From Candidatus Baldrarchaeum yapensis (GTDB taxonomy: Archaea > Asgardarchaeota > Baldrarchaeia > Baldrarchaeales > Baldrarchaeaceae): DNA of 32,000 nucleotides. The DNA lies in contig JAEOSH010000006.1 of assembly GCA_016840465.1 (NCBI GenBank), positions 1-32,000 of the forward strand, read 5' to 3'. The notes below the pieces were generated by a model, which saw nothing but the letters and a program-made list of their open reading frames with translations, did not search any database and was not told the DNA's origin. Both the position numbers and the translations under genes were made by a program. Of the stretch, positions 9,901 to 17,956 are shown in pieces (position 1 is the stretch's first letter; each line of letters starts with the position of its first letter).

Positions 9901-10711
9901 TCAGATCCTCACAAAAGACTGGTATTACTCCAAGTCCAAGGCGCTCAATCTCCTCGGCGAGGAGCTTAGCGGCGGGTAGAGATTGATCATAGTGGTGCCC
10001 TCCATAAAACAATATCCCGACAAGAGGTCTATTCCCATGTCTGTACTGCTTGAGGTACTCTTCTGTTGAATCGTATATTTGGCCAGTGTGGAAGTCCTCT
10101 ATCCCCATAGGCGGCATAACTTTTGGCTCCGGTATCTCAACATCTATCTTCACTTTGCCATACTCCTTTAACAATAACAGCAGCATCGCAACGTAGTTTT
10201 CTTCTGAGGGATGCTCATGGCACTTCAATACAAATGCGAAGTTTCGAGCATGCCTAAAGATACCTATAGGAATCTTAGAACCTAATTTCTCAAACCTCTC
10301 CCTCATTTTAACTATTTTGCCGTAATCTATCTCTCCTCTTCCGAATATTTTCCTGAGAATGGGCTTTTCTCGTAAAGACATAAACCTGTCGAGAGAAAAA
10401 CTTCCCATCCTAGTCAATCTTATCAGCTCAGGCGAGCCACCAACTAGAGTTATTATCGTTTTGTCTTTGGAATTTTTCAATGTTTCAACTAGCAATTTGC
10501 TGGTCCTATCTCCGCCTCTAACGTCAATTAACACTATATCGGCGGATAGCAACTCGTTGACCACCTTATCAGAAGAAAACGCCCCAGTCTCGATATCATA
10601 TGCGTTGAAGAACGAAAAGTCCAGTTTTCCACCAGTTATTTTATTAACTTTTTTAACGGCTTCCAAAAGCGCGGGCCGAAACTGATACCCTATCATCACA
10701 ACCTTTACCAT
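6947..10711 (-). CDS. Class I chelatase large subunit, CobN/ChlH(BchH) family
   Basis: HFGTHGTLEFLPGK, GNVFIGVQPSRG, PTGRN, VLWGFETMKT, EITDLDHYYEFLGG, LLNPRW. The N-terminal PELIRLTRMGSFSL resembles the head region of ChlH/BchH-like members. Metal and substrate cannot be determined. Confidence 0.92.
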   Translation of the reverse strand: MVKVVMIGYQFRPALLEAVKKVNKITGGKLDFSFFNAYDIETGAFSSDKVVNELLSADIVLIDVRGGDRTSKLLVETLKNSKDKTIITLVGGSPELIRLTRMGSFSLDRFMSLREKPILRKIFGRGEIDYGKIVKMRERFEKLGSKIPIGIFRHARNFAFVLKCHEHPSEENYVAMLLLLLKEYGKVKIDVEIPEPKVMPPMGIEDFHTGQIYDSTEEYLKQYRHGNRPLVGILFYGGHHYDQSLPAAKLLAEEIERLGLGVIPVFCEDLRYYLAIEKYFLRNGRPVIDALVDLLWFRFAGGPVGGDHRFTFDVLTKLNVPVLHGIHLSSVTAEKWKESRAGVPPIEMVTSVILPELDGRIEPHVTHAPVHFKKEGVVLEEYIAIEDRIRKLARRVLKWVHLKRKPNKDKKIAIIIFNYPPGEENLGKVAYLDVFASISKLLSSMREHGYFIDKIPSADELKELMLRSGAVNSGEWVQTADALRRLPKVDKQKYIKWFNELPENVRKRVLEAWGEPPGKIMVFQDTIIIPGIILGNVFIGVQPSRGVHEDPSKIYHSRDLPPHHQYIAFYKWLEKEFRADAVVHFGTHGTLEFLPGKDAGLSEECFPDLLLGDLPNIYIYHVVNSSEAAIAKHRSYAVIIGHSSPPVMVSGSHDFILELERLLNQYHDTLQYDKEKAATIAKKIIDVGRKYGLGDSIDKIHDRIYEYKRALVPKGLHVLGETPSEDDLLDYLTYVARYDRGTIKSLHRIIAESMGFNYYDLLEKPSLMTPDGRRYSDILDAIEKVVRNIIKMYVFEQRSLNDLIKSFKLGRVDKNEMRTSLEYAKSVKERVLESSEIEGVLRALNGEYILPGPGGDPIRSPEVFPTGRNVFQLDPTNIPTEVAMERGARIAEEYIRRYYEKYGRYPKVVSVVLWGFETMKTGGETVAAIFRLLGVRPIWKSIYIRDLEVIPLEELGRPRIDVLVTICGIFRDTFYNIVELLDRAFKLVASLDEPPELNYVKAHTLEDKKLGEDAIIRIFGPPEGEYATTLTTLIESGSWRSEADLVNAYMESMRFGYGEYIRGKDANDVFNKLISRVDLVAQIRDSIDYEITDLDHYYEFLGGLTKSVEKVRGEKPLVLVADSTRERVKVEHVDEAIRRGVATRLLNPRWLDEMLKHGFNGSTKIADRVEYLLGLAATVGGVQDWMWDKVAERIVFDREVSDRIKRENPWAFQKIVGRLLEAHSRGYWRASSETIEKLRKRYQEIEALLEDKFS

Positions 10712-10744
10712 TTAGCAACACCTGCCTGCTCTTACACCATCCGG

Positions 10745-10772
10745 TAACACTTATATATCACTTTTTATTACC
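10745..10772. promoter_or_regulatory. Candidate bidirectional TATA region between the divergent chelatase genes
   Basis: TTATATAT at 10751-10758 and TTTTTATTA at 10762-10770 lie in the 93-bp gap between start codons 10711(-) and 10805(+). Confidence 0.45.
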
Positions 10773-10804
10773 CCGATGAGAGGAAAAAGATCACGGGAGC
10801 CGCG

Positions 10805-12805
10805 ATGCCCCACCACGTCAGGCGTTTCGTATTTCCGTTCACCGCGATAGTTGGACAGGAAAAGATGAAGAAAGCGCTCATTCTCAATGCAATAAACCCA
10901 AGAATAGGAGGAGTCCTGATAAGGGGTCAGAAAGGAACCGCAAAATCGACCGCTGTAAGAGCGCTTGCCGACCTCTTACCCGAAATATATGTTGTTGAAG
11001 GATGTCCGTTCAACTGTAATCCGTTCGATCCCGCCGAGATGTGTGATATCTGCTACGAAAAGTATGAGCGGAGTGAGCAGCTACCCGCGGTGAAGAGAAA
11101 GGTAAGAATTGTGAACTTGCCATTAAATGCCACGGCGGACAGAGTTGTAGGATCACTGGATATAAAGAGAGCAATTAAAGAGGGAATAAAGGCTTTAGAA
11201 CCGGGGCTCCTCGCCGAAGCAAATCGAGGTATCCTTTATATTGATGAAGTAAATCTTCTAGACGACTACGTTGCAGATATACTCCTAGATGCCGCGGCAA
11301 GCGGGGTCAATGTCGTAGAGCGTGAAGGAATATCGGTCGCCCATCCGGCGAAGTTCATTCTCATCGGAACAATGAATCCCGAAGAGGGCGAACTCCGTCC
11401 ACAACTCCTTGACAGATTCGGACTACAGGTAGAAGTAGAGGAAATAAGGGACCCCCGACTTAGAGTAGAAATCATAAGAAGGGTCGAAGAGTTCGAAAAC
11501 GATCCTTTAAGCTTCCTGAAGAAGTATGAGCATAAACAGAGAGATCTGAGAGATAAAATAGAAAGAGCGCGCGAACTTCTGAAAAATGTTGAGATAAGTG
11601 AAGATCTCCTCCTAGCAATCGCAGAAATCTGTATAAAACTCGAAGTTGCAAGCCACAGAGCCGAGATAACAGTTACAAGAACAGCAAAAACTATAGCTGC
11701 TTTCGATGGAAGGAAAAATGTGCGCGAGGAGGATATCATTGAAGCCTTGGAACTTGCTCTTCCTCACAGATTAAGAAAACGACCGTTTGAAAGACCGCAA
11801 ATAAGGCAAGAGGATATAGAAAAGGTTTCTGAGGAAGTCTTTGGCTCTAAAAAGCTAAGATCAAGAAAGGATTTTGATAGCAACAATGACGACCAGGATG
11901 AAAAGACTAAGAGAAATTCCAATAATGATCGAAATTTTATCGTATTTGACATTGGAAGTGAACCGACGATAATCCTCCCAGGCAACACACCTCTGTGCTC
12001 GGGGCCCCGTGTCAGGCGTACAGGAAGAAGATTAAAAGCTAAGGGGAACGGCAAGCGAGGTGTATACGTGTCTTACACAATTCCAAGGAATGGGGATGTT
12101 GACGATATAGCAATAGATGCCACGATAAGAGCCGCCGCGCTAAAAAGTCCCGAAAGGCGCAAATATCGTAATGACGTTGCTGTAATCATCGAGGATGAGG
12201 ACATAAGAGAGAAAATCAGACGGCAAAAACTTCGTTCGCTGATACTTTTAGTCGTAGACGCAAGTGGGTCCATGGCTGCTCTTCGGAGGATGGAGGCAGC
12301 AAAGGGTGCGGCAATGGCAATACTGAGAGATGCATATATCCATAGGGACAAGGTTTGCTTCATAGAATTCCACGGAACCGACGCACAAGTGCTCTTACCG
12401 CCAACAGACAACCTAGAACTGGCCGCTGAAATTCTAAAGGAGTTACCAACTGGCGGAAAAACTCCCCTTTCCGCTGGGATTGCGAAGGCGATAGAGGTCA
12501 TAGAATTGGAGAGCAGAAAGTACGATCTGAGGCCCATAGTAATCATAATAACCGATGGCAAGGCAAATGTCCCATTAGGCATTGGCAGTAGCATCAAGTG
12601 GGAAATAATGACCCTTTCCAGACGATTAAAAGAATTAGGGGCTATCACTGTAGTTGTTGATACCTCACCTCCTCAAATGGACATCATGGGGATTCCCAGA
12701 TACATCAACGAAATTGTGGAAGCAGCATCGGCAAAACTCGTAAAACTTCCCGAACCTTCCGAATCCGCATTATATCAACTCATAACCGGAATATCGCGAA
12801 TGTAG
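10805..12805 (+). CDS. Chelatase AAA+ ATPase with C-terminal VWA domain (ChlI/ChlD-like)
   Basis: FPFTAIVGQ, Walker [20 protein letters not shown] insert, Walker [27 protein letters not shown], charged linker, MIDAS DASGSM, TGGKTPL, ITDGKAN. Confidence 0.93.
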   Translation: MPHHVRRFVFPFTAIVGQEKMKKALILNAINPRIGGVLIRGQKGTAKSTAVRALADLLPEIYVVEGCPFNCNPFDPAEMCDICYEKYERSEQLPAVKRKVRIVNLPLNATADRVVGSLDIKRAIKEGIKALEPGLLAEANRGILYIDEVNLLDDYVADILLDAAASGVNVVEREGISVAHPAKFILIGTMNPEEGELRPQLLDRFGLQVEVEEIRDPRLRVEIIRRVEEFENDPLSFLKKYEHKQRDLRDKIERARELLKNVEISEDLLLAIAEICIKLEVASHRAEITVTRTAKTIAAFDGRKNVREEDIIEALELALPHRLRKRPFERPQIRQEDIEKVSEEVFGSKKLRSRKDFDSNNDDQDEKTKRNSNNDRNFIVFDIGSEPTIILPGNTPLCSGPRVRRTGRRLKAKGNGKRGVYVSYTIPRNGDVDDIAIDATIRAAALKSPERRKYRNDVAVIIEDEDIREKIRRQKLRSLILLVVDASGSMAALRRMEAAKGAAMAILRDAYIHRDKVCFIEFHGTDAQVLLPPTDNLELAAEILKELPTGGKTPLSAGIAKAIEVIELESRKYDLRPIVIIITDGKANVPLGIGSSIKWEIMTLSRRLKELGAITVVVDTSPPQMDIMGIPRYINEIVEAASAKLVKLPEPSESALYQLITGISRM

Positions 12806-12815
12806 CACAAAGAAT

Positions 12816-13337
12816 TTATGAACGGTTCTTTGATGGTCTTTGTCCATATCGTTCGTAATGCACAACACTTTCCAGAGGCTTTCTGTGAGGAGCCTTTGGC
12901 CTTTCGTCCGGATATCCGAGCGGGATAACTGTAAGCAGATGTAAATCTTTAGGGATCCCCAAAATTTCTTTTGCTCGCTCCCTGTCCATTGTCCCAATCC
13001 AGCAAGTTCCTAGCCCCAGTGCGTGAGCCGCCAGAAGCAAGTTTTGAACAGCACATGCTCCATCAACCATGTGAAACGCGGGCGATTTCCTAGGGTCAGT
13101 AACTACTGCTATTACGACTGGCGCCTCAGCAATAAACCACCCAAACGGTGCCAGCTCGGCGAGTTTTCTCTTAGTGTCTTCATTTCTTATAATTATAAAC
13201 TCCCATGGCTGGCGGTTCTTGCTGCTTGGCGCCCATATCGCCGCCTCGATAACTTTAAGCACTAGATCATCGCTTATTGGTTCCTTCTTGTACTTTCTTA
13301 TAGATCTTCGCTCCTTAATAGCTTCAAAGACGTCCAT
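12816..13337 (-). CDS. Nitroreductase family flavoprotein
   Basis: AIKERRSIRKY, WAPSSKNRQPWEF, AVQNLLLAAHALGLGTCW, IPLGYP, RKPLE. Confidence 0.93.
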   Translation of the reverse strand: MDVFEAIKERRSIRKYKKEPISDDLVLKVIEAAIWAPSSKNRQPWEFIIIRNEDTKRKLAELAPFGWFIAEAPVVIAVVTDPRKSPAFHMVDGACAVQNLLLAAHALGLGTCWIGTMDRERAKEILGIPKDLHLLTVIPLGYPDERPKAPHRKPLESVVHYERYGQRPSKNRS

Positions 13338-13492
13338 GCTTCAAACCTCCTTTATGCTCTTTACATGGTAGGGCCAAGTGAAAAATCGCCCTTGACACGT
13401 GAAAAACCTCTCTAAAACGCTAACGCTTCTGGCATCAGGTATTAAGCAGCATACTACTTCATATAAGGGCGAACACATGAGTGGTGATCTTG

Positions 13493-13867
13493 ATGACAAA
13501 ATTAAGAATCACGATAGATAGGAAGAACCGTGTAATCTGTGGAAATTGTGAGAGCGTATGTTCTGAAGTATTCGAACTATCTCCCGATGATGAAAAATCC
13601 CAAATTGTTGAACAATTCAGAGACGGCGGTGATTCGTCAACCGGTATGGTCGATGAAACCCTTGAGCAATGCGTCAGGACAGCAGCAGACGAGTGCCCTA
13701 TGAGCATTATAGAAGTAATGGAAAATTGGACTAAAGAACTGTTTATCATCACCAACCTCCGTTCTCCACATAAACTTTTTAAACTTCGGGATAAGAAGGT
13801 CCTCAGCTGGCCGATTCCTTATCATGCGCTTAAGATCATTTCATCTACTCAATTTGAACTACTATAA
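13493..13867 (+). pseudogene. Degenerate single-cluster archaeal ferredoxin with read-through tail
   Basis: ATG 13493 after GGTGAT. MTKLRITIDRKNRVICGNCESVCSEVFEL...CVRTAADECPMSIIEV matches this ferredoxin type, but the first Cys is Arg (CGT, one change from TGT), CP is CS, and about 50 unrelated residues follow. Confidence 0.65.
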
Positions 13868-13969
13868 TATTGGTATGCCGAGAACAAGCCATAATTATTT
13901 ATGTGAGATTTAATACTGGAAATCTGGGAACCTTTCATCAATTCATCAATAACCTCCATAGGGTCGGGC

Positions 13970-14470
13970 ATGCGGAGAGATTGCAAAGTAATATCAATAT
14001 CGGGAAAAGGAGGGGTCGGAAAGTCCACAATCGCGACACTTATGCTAAGGTCTATTTTAAAGATGAAGAATGATGCCAGTATATTGATCATCGACGCAGA
14101 TTCGGCCTCTACACTTGCACACATGCTATGCCTCCCGGCAGAAAAGACGCTCGCGGACATCTTAGATTCAAAACTCCGAGATTTACCCCATCTGATGAAC
14201 CGTTATTGTTGGAGATGGAACTAATCGACGCCATTATTACTGGTAAGGGTTTTGACTTGTTGATTATGGGTATGATTGAAAGAGAGGGGTGCTTTTGTCC
14301 AATAAATGCCGCTCTAAGGTTTTCGCTTAACGCACTGACAAGGTACTACGATCTCATAATTATGGACATGGAAGCTGACTTAGAACATCCAATTCGCAGA
14401 ACAAGTCATGATGTTGATGTTCTTGTCATAGTCACCGACCTCTCAAAAATGAGTATGGAAACTGTAAGGA
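13970..14470 (+). pseudogene. cooC: CooC-like nickel-insertion ATPase, frameshifted and 3'-truncated
   Basis: Deviant Walker A GKGGVGKST and IIDAD in ORF 13970-14224; GFDLLIMG, EGCFCP (CxC nickel motif), MDMEADLEH and DVDVLVIVTD in the -1 frame. One extra C in the C4 run at 14186-14189 joins the frames. The last third of a CooC is missing. Confidence 0.8.
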
Positions 14471-14606
14471 TGAGAAAGTGCCGGAGTTTGATAAACCACC
14501 GGAAGGGTATGTTATTGTCACTTCTTATAGAATTCTCTGCAACGGCTGTATGAGGTGTGTGAAAGCCTGTCCTAAGGGAGCAATAACCGTAATAATGCCG
14601 AAGTGA
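14460..14606 (+). pseudogene. C-terminal remnant of a 4Fe-4S dicluster ferredoxin-like gene
   Basis: Not in the ORF track. Frame reads NCKDEKVPEFDKPPEGYVIVTSYRILCNGCMRCVKACPKGAITVIMPK with TGA at 14604-14606: intact CxxCxxCxxxCP, no first cluster motif and no ATG start (GTG at 14478 possible). Confidence 0.6.
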
Positions 14607-14687
14607 TGAGTTTTGATGAATAAATATTCGCTGTCCCTAATAATTGCAGCGTGGTTCAATGCTTAAGGATATCTGACATTAAGGGGC

Positions 14688-15275
14688 GTGGAACTACCGG
14701 GGAAAAACCTTAAAATGGATGTCGTTGCAATCCGCCCTATTGTCCGTGAACTAAAAAGAAGATTAAAACATGGAGTACCACCTATTGGAATTTTACGTCA
14801 TCTGATGGATGGACAGTTCCATACCACAGAGGATCTCGCAAGAAAGGCGGGCATGGATGCGGAGGTGATTTCTAAAATTTTATCGCAGAAAACCGATAGT
14901 GGATGGATAGAACGCATTAATAAAAATGGGAGAACGCTCTGGAGGATTAAGGACTATAGAGTACCAGCAAAGGAAGTCATTTTCGTATGTTGTGATTATA
15001 GAAACCTGAATAAAATGGTACAAAAATTACAGCAGTGCACGACGTGCTGTAATAAACTTTACGCGGCGTTTCCATATGACATCGATAAGGAAACGACCGA
15101 AGCGCTAGGAAGAATGGGTATAGGCGTCTTAGTAATAAACCATAAGACGGGCGCCGTGAGGGAGGTGCAACCGCTGTTTCCTAGAAACTCCAAAGATATT
15201 AACATCGTAATGACGGTGTGCGAGATAGTAATCGCGGAGAATATTAGGCAAATGGCCCCAGCGCTTCTAGTTTAA
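14688..15275 (+). CDS. Winged-helix DNA-binding protein with a Cys-rich, probably inactive restriction-endonuclease-like C-terminal domain
   Basis: HTTEDLARKAGMDAEVISKILSQKTDSGWIER..GRTLWRI is wHTH-like. The tail NKLYAAFP...LGRMGIGVLVIN...VREVQP resembles the end of PD-(D/E)XK/MmcB-like domains, but no E-x-K is present. Alternative start ATG 14715. Confidence 0.55.
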   Translation: MELPGKNLKMDVVAIRPIVRELKRRLKHGVPPIGILRHLMDGQFHTTEDLARKAGMDAEVISKILSQKTDSGWIERINKNGRTLWRIKDYRVPAKEVIFVCCDYRNLNKMVQKLQQCTTCCNKLYAAFPYDIDKETTEALGRMGIGVLVINHKTGAVREVQPLFPRNSKDINIVMTVCEIVIAENIRQMAPALLV

Positions 15276-15292
15276 GATAACGTGGTGGTAAC

Positions 15293-16006
15293 GTGATACT
15301 GTTCGAGGTAAAACAACCGTTGGTCGATGCTGTGTTTAGACGTAGAATAAGCAGGTTCATGGCAGAAGTACAAGTTGGAGACGAGATTGTAACCGCTCAT
15401 ATCGGGAATTCCGGAAGGTTATCTGATGTTTTGATACCCGGTGCACCTGCACTCCTAAAAACTGTCACTCGCCCTGGAAGAAAATCGCGTTTTGATATGA
15501 TAGCGGTGAAACCCAGAGGATCTTGGATACTGGTAGACACTCATATGCACGGGGATATCGCAGAGAAAATTGTAGATTACGAGTTGGTACCCGAACTTTC
15601 GGGATATGAGATTCTGAAACGTGAAGTGAAGGTCGGGTCGCTGAAAATAGATTTTTTGCTCAAAAAGGAGGATACTTTGTGTTACATGGAGGTGAAGGGA
15701 TGTACGCACCTCAAAAGCGGAAACGTGGGTGTCTTTCCCGATGCACCCACCATACGCGGTAGGCGTCATGTTAAATATCTCCTTAAGGCAGTAAAGGAAG
15801 GGATCGCCGCCACTATTACTTTCTTGGTATTCAGAGAAGAAGCCGAGAGTTTTTCGCCAAATTGGGATGTGGATCCGGAGTTCTCACATCTGCTAAAAAC
15901 TGCTTACGAAAACGGAGTTTTAATAGTAGCGTGTAAAATATTATTTGATGGGAGGAGAGTATGTTTCGAGAAAACACTTCCCATAAACCTAGATGAACAG
16001 AAATGA
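15293..16006 (+). CDS. sfsA: DNA/RNA nuclease SfsA (sugar fermentation stimulation protein)
   Basis: RRISRFMAEV, AHIGNSGRL, IDFLL, YMEVKGCT, FPDAPTIRGRRHV, F-S-P-N-x-x-V-D-P-x-F. Confidence 0.93.
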   Translation: MILFEVKQPLVDAVFRRRISRFMAEVQVGDEIVTAHIGNSGRLSDVLIPGAPALLKTVTRPGRKSRFDMIAVKPRGSWILVDTHMHGDIAEKIVDYELVPELSGYEILKREVKVGSLKIDFLLKKEDTLCYMEVKGCTHLKSGNVGVFPDAPTIRGRRHVKYLLKAVKEGIAATITFLVFREEAESFSPNWDVDPEFSHLLKTAYENGVLIVACKILFDGRRVCFEKTLPINLDEQK

Positions 16007-16010
16007 GCGT

Positions 16011-16802
16011 TTAAGACAAATGGACTCGCTCCGGATATGTGTATAGGTTCATTCTATTTTCTCTCGCAAAGCATATTAGCGTCACTCCTGTTCTTTCGGC
16101 AGTAATTACACCGGAAAGCAAAGGCGCGGAAACGGACACGAGTATTGGGATTCCGGCCATGGCCACCTTCATAACCATATCGGCATTCTGCCTTCCCGAG
16201 CTTATCAACACACTTTTAGAGAAATCTGTCTTCAGGAAGACACCGGCACCAATAACCTTATCAACAGCATTATATCGTCCTGCATCTTCCGAAAAGGCAA
16301 CTAACTTGTTATCTGAGAATAGGGCGGCACAATGGGTGCCACCCGTTTCTTTAAAGATCTTGGCGTCCATACTGAGCACCTCCACCATTTTCATAATCAT
16401 ATTCGCGCTAATCATGTAATTAGATTTCACAAACGGATTCCCTAATTCTTTTAAAATCTCTGAAACATACTCCTCGGTGGTATGTACATGATTTGAAAGA
16501 TCAACCGCAGAAGCCGAAAGATCAATTTTTAGTGAGGTTTTTATGTCAACAAAAGACCCATTCAGCGAAATCTCGAGAATATCATTGGGTGATTTCAGAA
16601 TCCCTCTCGTTAACAGCCATCCTATCGCTAACTCCTTTACCTGAAGTGGAGTTGCAATGAGCATCCCTAAAACCTTCCCATTGACTCTTATGAAGACAGG
16701 CTGGTCCACTACCACAATCTCCTCAACGTCGTATACCGCATTTTTCGAAAGGTCTATCCTCTTAGCCCGAACTCTCCGTAAATATGAAGTAAACGCTCTC
16801 AT
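16011..16802 (-). CDS. fdhD: Formate dehydrogenase accessory sulfurtransferase FdhD-like (atypical)
   Basis: ATP-x-x-x-KELAIGWL, FKETGGTH, ED-x-GR-x-NAVDKVIG, SSGR, SAP. Lacks the loop CxxC. Confidence 0.85.
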   Translation of the reverse strand: MRAFTSYLRRVRAKRIDLSKNAVYDVEEIVVVDQPVFIRVNGKVLGMLIATPLQVKELAIGWLLTRGILKSPNDILEISLNGSFVDIKTSLKIDLSASAVDLSNHVHTTEEYVSEILKELGNPFVKSNYMISANMIMKMVEVLSMDAKIFKETGGTHCAALFSDNKLVAFSEDAGRYNAVDKVIGAGVFLKTDFSKSVLISSGRQNADMVMKVAMAGIPILVSVSAPLLSGVITAERTGVTLICFARENRMNLYTYPERVHLS

Positions 16803-16828
16803 AAATGCTCACCCGCTAACTCACCGGG

Positions 16829-17416
16829 TTATTTAAGTTTCTCCTCTAAAAATTGTTTAATTGCAACCAAAGTATCAAGGATTCGCTCCTCTACAGATTT
16901 TCTGCGCTCCTTCGTCAGAACGCCGATTCTCTCCAAAATCATGTCTCTTATTTGATCAGCATTGCACACCTGGAATAACGTCACCTCGGCCTTTGGAACG
17001 CCCATGGCCGCGGTGTGTACACATACGTTATAAAGCCCAAACCTTCTCTGTAGAGGTCCCTGCGTTATTTGTACGAGATGTATCTTCGCAAAACTCACCT
17101 TACTGATCTTCCTCCAGAAAACACCATACTCGGCAACTACGCCCTCCTCATCGATCGCGAACCGGACCGACTCGTAGAACTTCGGAATCCACCATAAGGA
17201 ATATCCCACTGCTGCAACTATCACGGCGTTGATTATCATCATAGCAATAAATGCACCGATATCAGCTAACGAAACTATAATTAGGGGTATATCCCATGGC
17301 AGAACAAACGTGATCATGAACAAGAGAACATACGTCCTATAAAGGCTCTTCATCCTCGAGTCGGGTTTGAACTCGATAACTTTACTCCCGGAACTCACGC
17401 TCATTCTCTTCACCAA
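16829..17416 (-). CDS. Membrane protein with bacterial PH (bPH_2, YdbS-like) domain
   Basis: Two N-terminal TM helices, then AEYGVFWRK...KIHLV..TQGPLQRRFGL..V.VHTAA. Confidence 0.85.
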   Translation of the reverse strand: MVKRMSVSSGSKVIEFKPDSRMKSLYRTYVLLFMITFVLPWDIPLIIVSLADIGAFIAMMIINAVIVAAVGYSLWWIPKFYESVRFAIDEEGVVAEYGVFWRKISKVSFAKIHLVQITQGPLQRRFGLYNVCVHTAAMGVPKAEVTLFQVCNADQIRDMILERIGVLTKERRKSVEERILDTLVAIKQFLEEKLK

Positions 17417-17540
17417 TCTTTAGTAAAAATAAGAAGCTTTAAACATTGGTTAACGTATGAAGGAACGGAAGCAAGCTATGTAACTAATTCGAGTATCATT
17501 AAGTTGTATGGGAAACTTTGTGAAAAATAAGGTGTTAACC

Positions 17541-17942
17541 TTGGGATTTGCCAAAGCGAAGTTCAAGATTTCGGGTAGCAAGGGGAGTGTTGAAGGTAAT
17601 GCATTAGTTGATAGTGGTGCTTGGTATACGGTAATTGATGAGGAAATTGCGGAAAGAATAGGTGTGAGGTACACGGGGTTGACAATTACGTTAACCTCGT
17701 TTTCTGGGCATAAAGTTCCATGCCGAGAAGCCATTGTTGAGTTTATAACAATTGAGGAGAAAACTGCACCATCGGAGTTAATAGCAGTGTGTAAAATACC
17801 TCAACAGGTCAAAAAACTACTCGTAAGACAAAATGTTGAAGATTGGATAGTTATCGGAGTGCATACACTCGAAAGGCTGGGGTATGCCGTTGATGTAGTC
17901 TCTCACAGATTGGTGGAGTCTCCTGGAACTCTAATGATATAA
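17541..17942 (+). CDS. Standalone clan AA (retropepsin-like) aspartyl protease
   Basis: ALVDSGAWYTVI catalytic motif and VIGVHTLERLG C-terminal motif. Probable start TTG 17541 after AAGGTG; the ORF track starts at 17508. Confidence 0.85.
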   Translation: MGFAKAKFKISGSKGSVEGNALVDSGAWYTVIDEEIAERIGVRYTGLTITLTSFSGHKVPCREAIVEFITIEEKTAPSELIAVCKIPQQVKKLLVRQNVEDWIVIGVHTLERLGYAVDVVSHRLVESPGTLMI

Positions 17943-17956
17943 TTTCTCCGAGAATT

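Noticed and set aside
6947-12805. Evidence of (bacterio)chlorophyll synthesis
   Set aside because: No other bch/chl genes are present and ChlH/CobN-like proteins occur in non-phototrophs.
12816-13337. Nitroreductase as BluB (DMB synthase) supporting a cobalamin role
   Set aside because: Motifs (RRSIRKY, APSSKNRQPW) are generic nitroreductase rather than BluB-like, and the gene is convergent with the chelatase ATPase.
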